Source: Nitrosopumilus sp.
GTDB lineage: Archaea > Thermoproteota > Nitrososphaeria > Nitrososphaerales > Nitrosopumilaceae
Assembly: GCA_965238275.1 (NCBI GenBank)
Contig: OZ250186.1
Location: forward strand, 1,824,001 to 1,888,000
Direction: 5' to 3'
Length of the DNA stretch: 64,000 nucleotides
Shown: piece after piece, positions 59,850 to 64,000 of the stretch
How the letters are laid out: every line of letters begins with the position of its first letter
Numbering within the stretch: position 1 is the stretch's first letter
The notes under the pieces: generated by a model
What the model saw: only the letters and a program-made list of their open reading frames with translations
The model's database searches: none
Told to the model about the DNA's origin: nothing
Made by a program: the position numbers and the translations under genes

Positions 59850-61193
59850 CTAGTTCTTGGGAGGCCTTGCAAATATGTTTTCAGGGTTGTTATGGTACGT
59901 CACAGACAGCATTGCATCCTTTTGCCTGCCGGTAAGAATTCCCACCACGGTGTCATCCTTTTTTATCACTTCCTGGCCAATCAGTTTTTTCACGCCCACC
60001 ACGGTGGCACCGGATGCCATCTCGCAGTCAAATCCGTTCAATCCGACAACGGACATGCCATCAAGCATCTCAGAGTCCGAGACGGTAGTCACCACGCCGT
60101 CTGTAAACTCCAATGCACGCAACCCCTTGAGAATGTTTGCAGGTCTTCCTATCTGAATTGCAGTGGCGTGGGTCTTTGGACGCAGCCTCTCCTGGTCCAA
60201 ATAGTCATAGTATCTGGCAATCAGATCGGTGTTTGGGTGCCCCTTGTTCCATCGCAGTTCCTCGCCTTCAAATTCCCCATTGTACAGCTCAGACAGGGTA
60301 GAGGCCCCATGCGCATTAATGACTGCAATCCGCGGGATCTTCTTGATCCACCCCAGATCATACAATTCCATAAGGGCCTTGCCGCAGCTTGAGGTGTTTC
60401 CCAACGCACCTCCCGGGTATACTATCCAGTCGGGTGCCTCCCAATCAAGGTATTCCAGGGCACGAAACGGAATAGTCTTTTGTCCCTCTATCCTAAACGG
60501 ATTGACAGAGTTTACCGTGTATCCGCCGTGGTTCCTGGCATTATCCAGGGACTGGTTTAGCGCATCATCAAAGTTCCCGTCAACCTCCACAATCTGGGCC
60601 CCGAACTGGTATGCCTGGCTTAGCTTTCCTGGGGCTATCTGTCCTGCCGGTATGTAGACATCGCAGTTTATCCCCTCGTTGGCTGCAAACATTCCGGCAG
60701 AGGCAGAGGTGTTTCCCGTGGATGCGCAGACTATCTTTTCGGCGCCCACCATCTTGGCGTGCGTTACGGCAGTCGCCATTCCATTATCCTTAAACGAGCC
60801 GCTAGGGTTATAGCCCTCAGGCTGCAGCCAGAGGAACTGGCTCGGAATTCCGATAAACTCTGCGACCTTGGACATCTGATACGGTTTTGACTGCCGGCCT
60901 TCGGCTCCGTCCAGGGACACGAGATTCTCCGAGCATTCCTGTACATCCTCTGTATCTATCTGACAAAAGTTCAGCAGGTCCCTGAACCGCCACACCCCAC
61001 TCTCGTTGAATATGCTGCCCTGCGGGTTCCGCCTCATGTAGAATGTCTCCTTGAGGCTCTCAGACGGCCTGTCCCGGTACATCACGTCAAGCAGGTGTCC
61101 TTTGGCACACTGCACATCGGCATACTCTACTGGATATTCCAGACCGCATCGGGGATCAATACACTTGAGATACGCGCCGGCGCCCATCGTCAT
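59850..61193 (-). CDS. thrC: Threonine synthase
   Basis: NPSGSFKDNG, CASTGNTSAS, NSVNPFRIEGQKT, ATAIQIG. Confidence 0.95.
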   Translation of the reverse strand: MTMGAGAYLKCIDPRCGLEYPVEYADVQCAKGHLLDVMYRDRPSESLKETFYMRRNPQGSIFNESGVWRFRDLLNFCQIDTEDVQECSENLVSLDGAEGRQSKPYQMSKVAEFIGIPSQFLWLQPEGYNPSGSFKDNGMATAVTHAKMVGAEKIVCASTGNTSASAGMFAANEGINCDVYIPAGQIAPGKLSQAYQFGAQIVEVDGNFDDALNQSLDNARNHGGYTVNSVNPFRIEGQKTIPFRALEYLDWEAPDWIVYPGGALGNTSSCGKALMELYDLGWIKKIPRIAVINAHGASTLSELYNGEFEGEELRWNKGHPNTDLIARYYDYLDQERLRPKTHATAIQIGRPANILKGLRALEFTDGVVTTVSDSEMLDGMSVVGLNGFDCEMASGATVVGVKKLIGQEVIKKDDTVVGILTGRQKDAMLSVTYHNNPENIFARPPKN

Positions 61194-61457
61194 TACAGAC
61201 AGATTGTGATAATTTAAAGTGCATGCAAGTCAGGGCCTGCCCGTACACGGATACGACCTGCCCGGATGGGGGCCGTGTACGGCGGATTCTGCCATGGGAG
61301 GGCAAGGCCACAGGCCGCCGTCCTGATGGCGTGGGCTTTTGCATGTGATATCCCCAAGGCACATGTCAGGACCACCACGCCCAAAACCAGACAGGACTTT
61401 GCAGAGTCTATCACATTTACGCTTGGAGGGATTCCAAACACACGTCCAGAAACTTCC

Positions 61458-62669
61458 GGGTGTGTCCTAGTAATAAAAAACACCATCCCACATCCCTGAA
61501 TGCAGGGAGATACGGATGTCAGAATTCACGCGCGCCGGATCATGCCGTACCATCCGGACACCCGCAAGCAATAAAATCCCCCGAATCCAAGAATGATGCG
61601 CAGGCTCCGCTAGGAACGGCGCGATGCGAGACGCGCCCGTCATGCTGCGAGAGTTGCGATATGATCCTGTGTGAGCCTGCCATCTTTTGCCTGCGATCTG
61701 GCCACGAGCTCGATGTTGTAGCACATGGCGCGGATCGCAATCTCTTTTATCCGGTTCTCTTGTCTTCGGCACCGGGTGCAGTCCCCGTACATCTTCTTAA
61801 TGGCGGCAAAGACTGCCTCGATGATGCTGCGCTGGTGGTATTCCGAATCAAACCTGTCCCGGTCATCCATGTACAAGTCGACCATCTCGCGCCATGACTG
61901 GCTTCCCCTGGCGTTGCGTATGGTGTTGGACTTGGGCTTGATGCGGGGAACCATTCCCATTGCAGATATCATGTCGCACATGGCTCTTGCCAGGTACGCA
62001 GAATCCAGGCAAAAGCTGCCCGTGCCCCGGCCGAGCCTGCCTAGCATCGCGTACAGCCCGTTTATGTCTGCCACCGCGCCGTCAGTCACCAGGTGGTCGA
62101 TTATCACCCTGGTGCGGATGTCCACGACGGCGTGCAGCTTGATCCATCCCTTCCGGGTACGAAAGCCGTCGGTCCTGACATCAAACCACCTGACAAACCG
62201 CAGGTACGAGTACCCGGTGCTGTCTCCTGCCAGGGAACCTGCTCCCACGTCCCGGATGACGGTCCGGTGTGCCTCTGCCAGGTACCACTCCGGGATCAGG
62301 CAGTAGGCTCGGGCTATCGTGCTCTTGGAGGGGAACCTGTCCAGGCCCATCTTACCTGCCATGGTACCGTTGCTCCGGAGAATGCCGACCATCTTGCGGT
62401 AGGTTGTGCGTTGTGCCTCAAGCATGATGCAGACAGCTGCCATGGCGCTAGGCGGGTATGCCGTCATGCCGCCCAAGCCAGGCTTGACGGCGTACGGATC
62501 CCCAAGCTCTTTGATTATCCCCAGCATGGTGTTCAGTATGAGGCCCGGCAGGTACTGCTGAACCAAATCGTATTGTCGTTGATCACGTTTCTTTGTAGTC
62601 ATTAGACGATGCCGTGATCCGTCGATCCATATCTTTTGTCATCCGGGGGTATATGTCTAGGACACACCC
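61458..62669 (-). mobile_element. Complete IS5-family element
   Basis: Perfect 13-bp TIR GGGTGTGTCCTAG; 9-bp TSD GAAACTTCC at 61449-57 and 62670-78. Confidence 0.93.
61640..62602 (-). CDS. IS5-family DDE transposase
   Basis: PSKSTI, GDSTG, WIKLH, LDSAY, YHQRSIIEAVFAAIK, CYN. Confidence 0.92.
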   Translation of the reverse strand: MTTKKRDQRQYDLVQQYLPGLILNTMLGIIKELGDPYAVKPGLGGMTAYPPSAMAAVCIMLEAQRTTYRKMVGILRSNGTMAGKMGLDRFPSKSTIARAYCLIPEWYLAEAHRTVIRDVGAGSLAGDSTGYSYLRFVRWFDVRTDGFRTRKGWIKLHAVVDIRTRVIIDHLVTDGAVADINGLYAMLGRLGRGTGSFCLDSAYLARAMCDMISAMGMVPRIKPKSNTIRNARGSQSWREMVDLYMDDRDRFDSEYHQRSIIEAVFAAIKKMYGDCTRCRRQENRIKEIAIRAMCYNIELVARSQAKDGRLTQDHIATLAA

Positions 62670-62714
62670 GAAACTTCCGAAAAGCATTATAAACAAAAGA
62701 ATTTCAAAAATTGT

Positions 62715-63023
62715 ATGAGTTCAAGGGAGTTTAGCGTTAATGGAAATGACTACGTGGTTGTCCTGACAGAACAAGTGATAGGACAGGTCAACAGCCTCAA
62801 GAGCCTGTACAACGTAGCCTACGAGGATCCTGAGAGTTTCGAGGACGTGAGTGCAGACATCTCCACTACGATTAATGCGATTGCAGAAAATGTAACCCCC
62901 GGTGCTCGAGACAGCGATCTGGACGGAGTAATACAGGAGATCATCCGGGCCGTTGACAATAAAAAGGAGGCAATTGAAAAGGAATTGAAGGGAAAGGACA
63001 AGCCTCCCAAATCTAAAAGATAG
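62715..63023 (+). CDS. Conserved thaumarchaeal hypothetical protein
   Basis: TTATAAA at 62687-62693; 102-aa helical ORF. Confidence 0.7.
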   Translation: MSSREFSVNGNDYVVVLTEQVIGQVNSLKSLYNVAYEDPESFEDVSADISTTINAIAENVTPGARDSDLDGVIQEIIRAVDNKKEAIEKELKGKDKPPKSKR

Positions 63024-63292
63024 CCTTTAACCTCAAACTCATAAATAATCTGCCGCCGAAATATATTCATGCACGGGTGCCAGGATTATGTCCAAGAGTT
63101 GTGAGTGTGGCATATGCGATCATCACTACGAGTCGGACTGTCTTGAAAAGGAATGTCCGTGCTGTCTCAACTTTCACCAGAGATCCGGTCCCAAGCGCGG
63201 TCATCTGTAGCATGAGCATTTCTTTAGAACGTGCCTTGAGCATCCAAACAGCTTGTGATCCCGGCAGCCACACAAAATACAGGTCTTTTCAG

Positions 63293-63667
63293 TCACAGGG
63301 CACCTGCCATCTCTGCTGCCGCAGCCATCATCTTCCTGTCTTCAAGCGCCTCTAGTATCTTTAGCCGGATGTTCTTGATTCTGTGCGTGTCGGCAGGATA
63401 TATCTCAATTATGGTGTCGATCTCCTTTTCAAAGTAGTAGCTCTCCAGATAGTGCCGGAACTTTTTCTTCAGCGGACCAAAGTCAGACATCTGTATCCTG
63501 TCCTCTTCGATGTTATTTGAGATTACCCGTAAAAACCCGTTTATTCTCAGCAGCTCCATTTTGATCGAGTCGAGATCCCCGGGCCTGTCCTGGATTTCAC
63601 AGAGCGTGTCATAGGACTTGAGAATATGGCCGAGTATCCCCTTCAAATGCTCACCATGCGTAACCAT
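63293..63667 (-). CDS. Conserved hypothetical protein
   Basis: 124-aa helical ORF with normal composition. Confidence 0.7.
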   Translation of the reverse strand: MVTHGEHLKGILGHILKSYDTLCEIQDRPGDLDSIKMELLRINGFLRVISNNIEEDRIQMSDFGPLKKKFRHYLESYYFEKEIDTIIEIYPADTHRIKNIRLKILEALEDRKMMAAAAEMAGAL

Positions 63668-63811
63668 GAGGATTTTTTGGGTTCATCTTATCTAAATTTT
63701 AAGACGCCGACGAGGGTCGCCCCTTTGCAGTTCCAGCCGGATCCGATTCCTGCAGAACAGGCCCCATCATTCAGGTCTGTAAAATAAATACTGCAGACAG
63801 ATACGTCTGTC

Positions 63812-64000
63812 ATGACATTGTCCGAACGGGAGAGAACGGTTGCCATCATTGCAAACGGAATTGCAGTGTACTCCCTACTGCAGGAGAGGGACGGCCTGCC
63901 CGAGGGAGTCACGCTGTACGACTTTGTTCTGAAGGTGGTTCCGGAGGATGCCAGGCGTGCACTGAGTGCAGGGCTCATTGACGAGGTGTTTGAGTATGTC
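63812..64000 (+). CDS. Conserved thaumarchaeal hypothetical protein, 3'-partial
   Basis: MTLSERERTVAIIANGIAVYSL... open to the window end (not in the ORF track). Confidence 0.6.
   Translation, partial: MTLSERERTVAIIANGIAVYSLLQERDGLPEGVTLYDFVLKVVPEDARRALSAGLIDEVFEYV

Noticed and set aside
63688-63978. Minus-strand 96-aa ORF
   Set aside because: The plus-strand frame from 63812 looks like the real, 3'-partial gene

Overview
This is an archaeal chromosome segment from a Thaumarchaeote (Nitrosopumilaceae-like). The call rests on rps26e, archaeal ThrRS, aspS-gatCAB, type II GAPDH, PurP, sbtAB and many conserved thaumarchaeal small proteins. The backbone looks GC-richer than free-living Nitrosopumilus (judged by eye) and is IS-rich, which fits a host-associated lineage such as a sponge symbiont (inference). 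Core modules are trpEGDCBA (no trpF), speB-thrS, aspS-gatCAB, sbtAB, purSQLF, tatCA, ubiX, purP, bioABF/bioD, HMG-CoA synthase, gap and thrC. Accessory content includes: a lone TnpB with intact catalytic motifs and a structured 3' omega-RNA-like region; two AbiE-like (type IV TA) loci, one complete and one an orphan antitoxin with a toxin stub; and four fully delimited IS elements with TIRs and TSDs (IS630, IS66, two IS5) plus IS remnants. An AT-richer, rearranged island at ~44.4-49.1 kb is the most novel-looking feature. It encodes a CDC48/VAT N-domain protein lacking the AAA+ ATPase next to a catalytically dead half-trypsin fusion protein. Trinucleotide microsatellites are also unusually frequent. 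No rRNA, tRNA or CRISPR array was seen. All family calls come from motif recognition without database searches.
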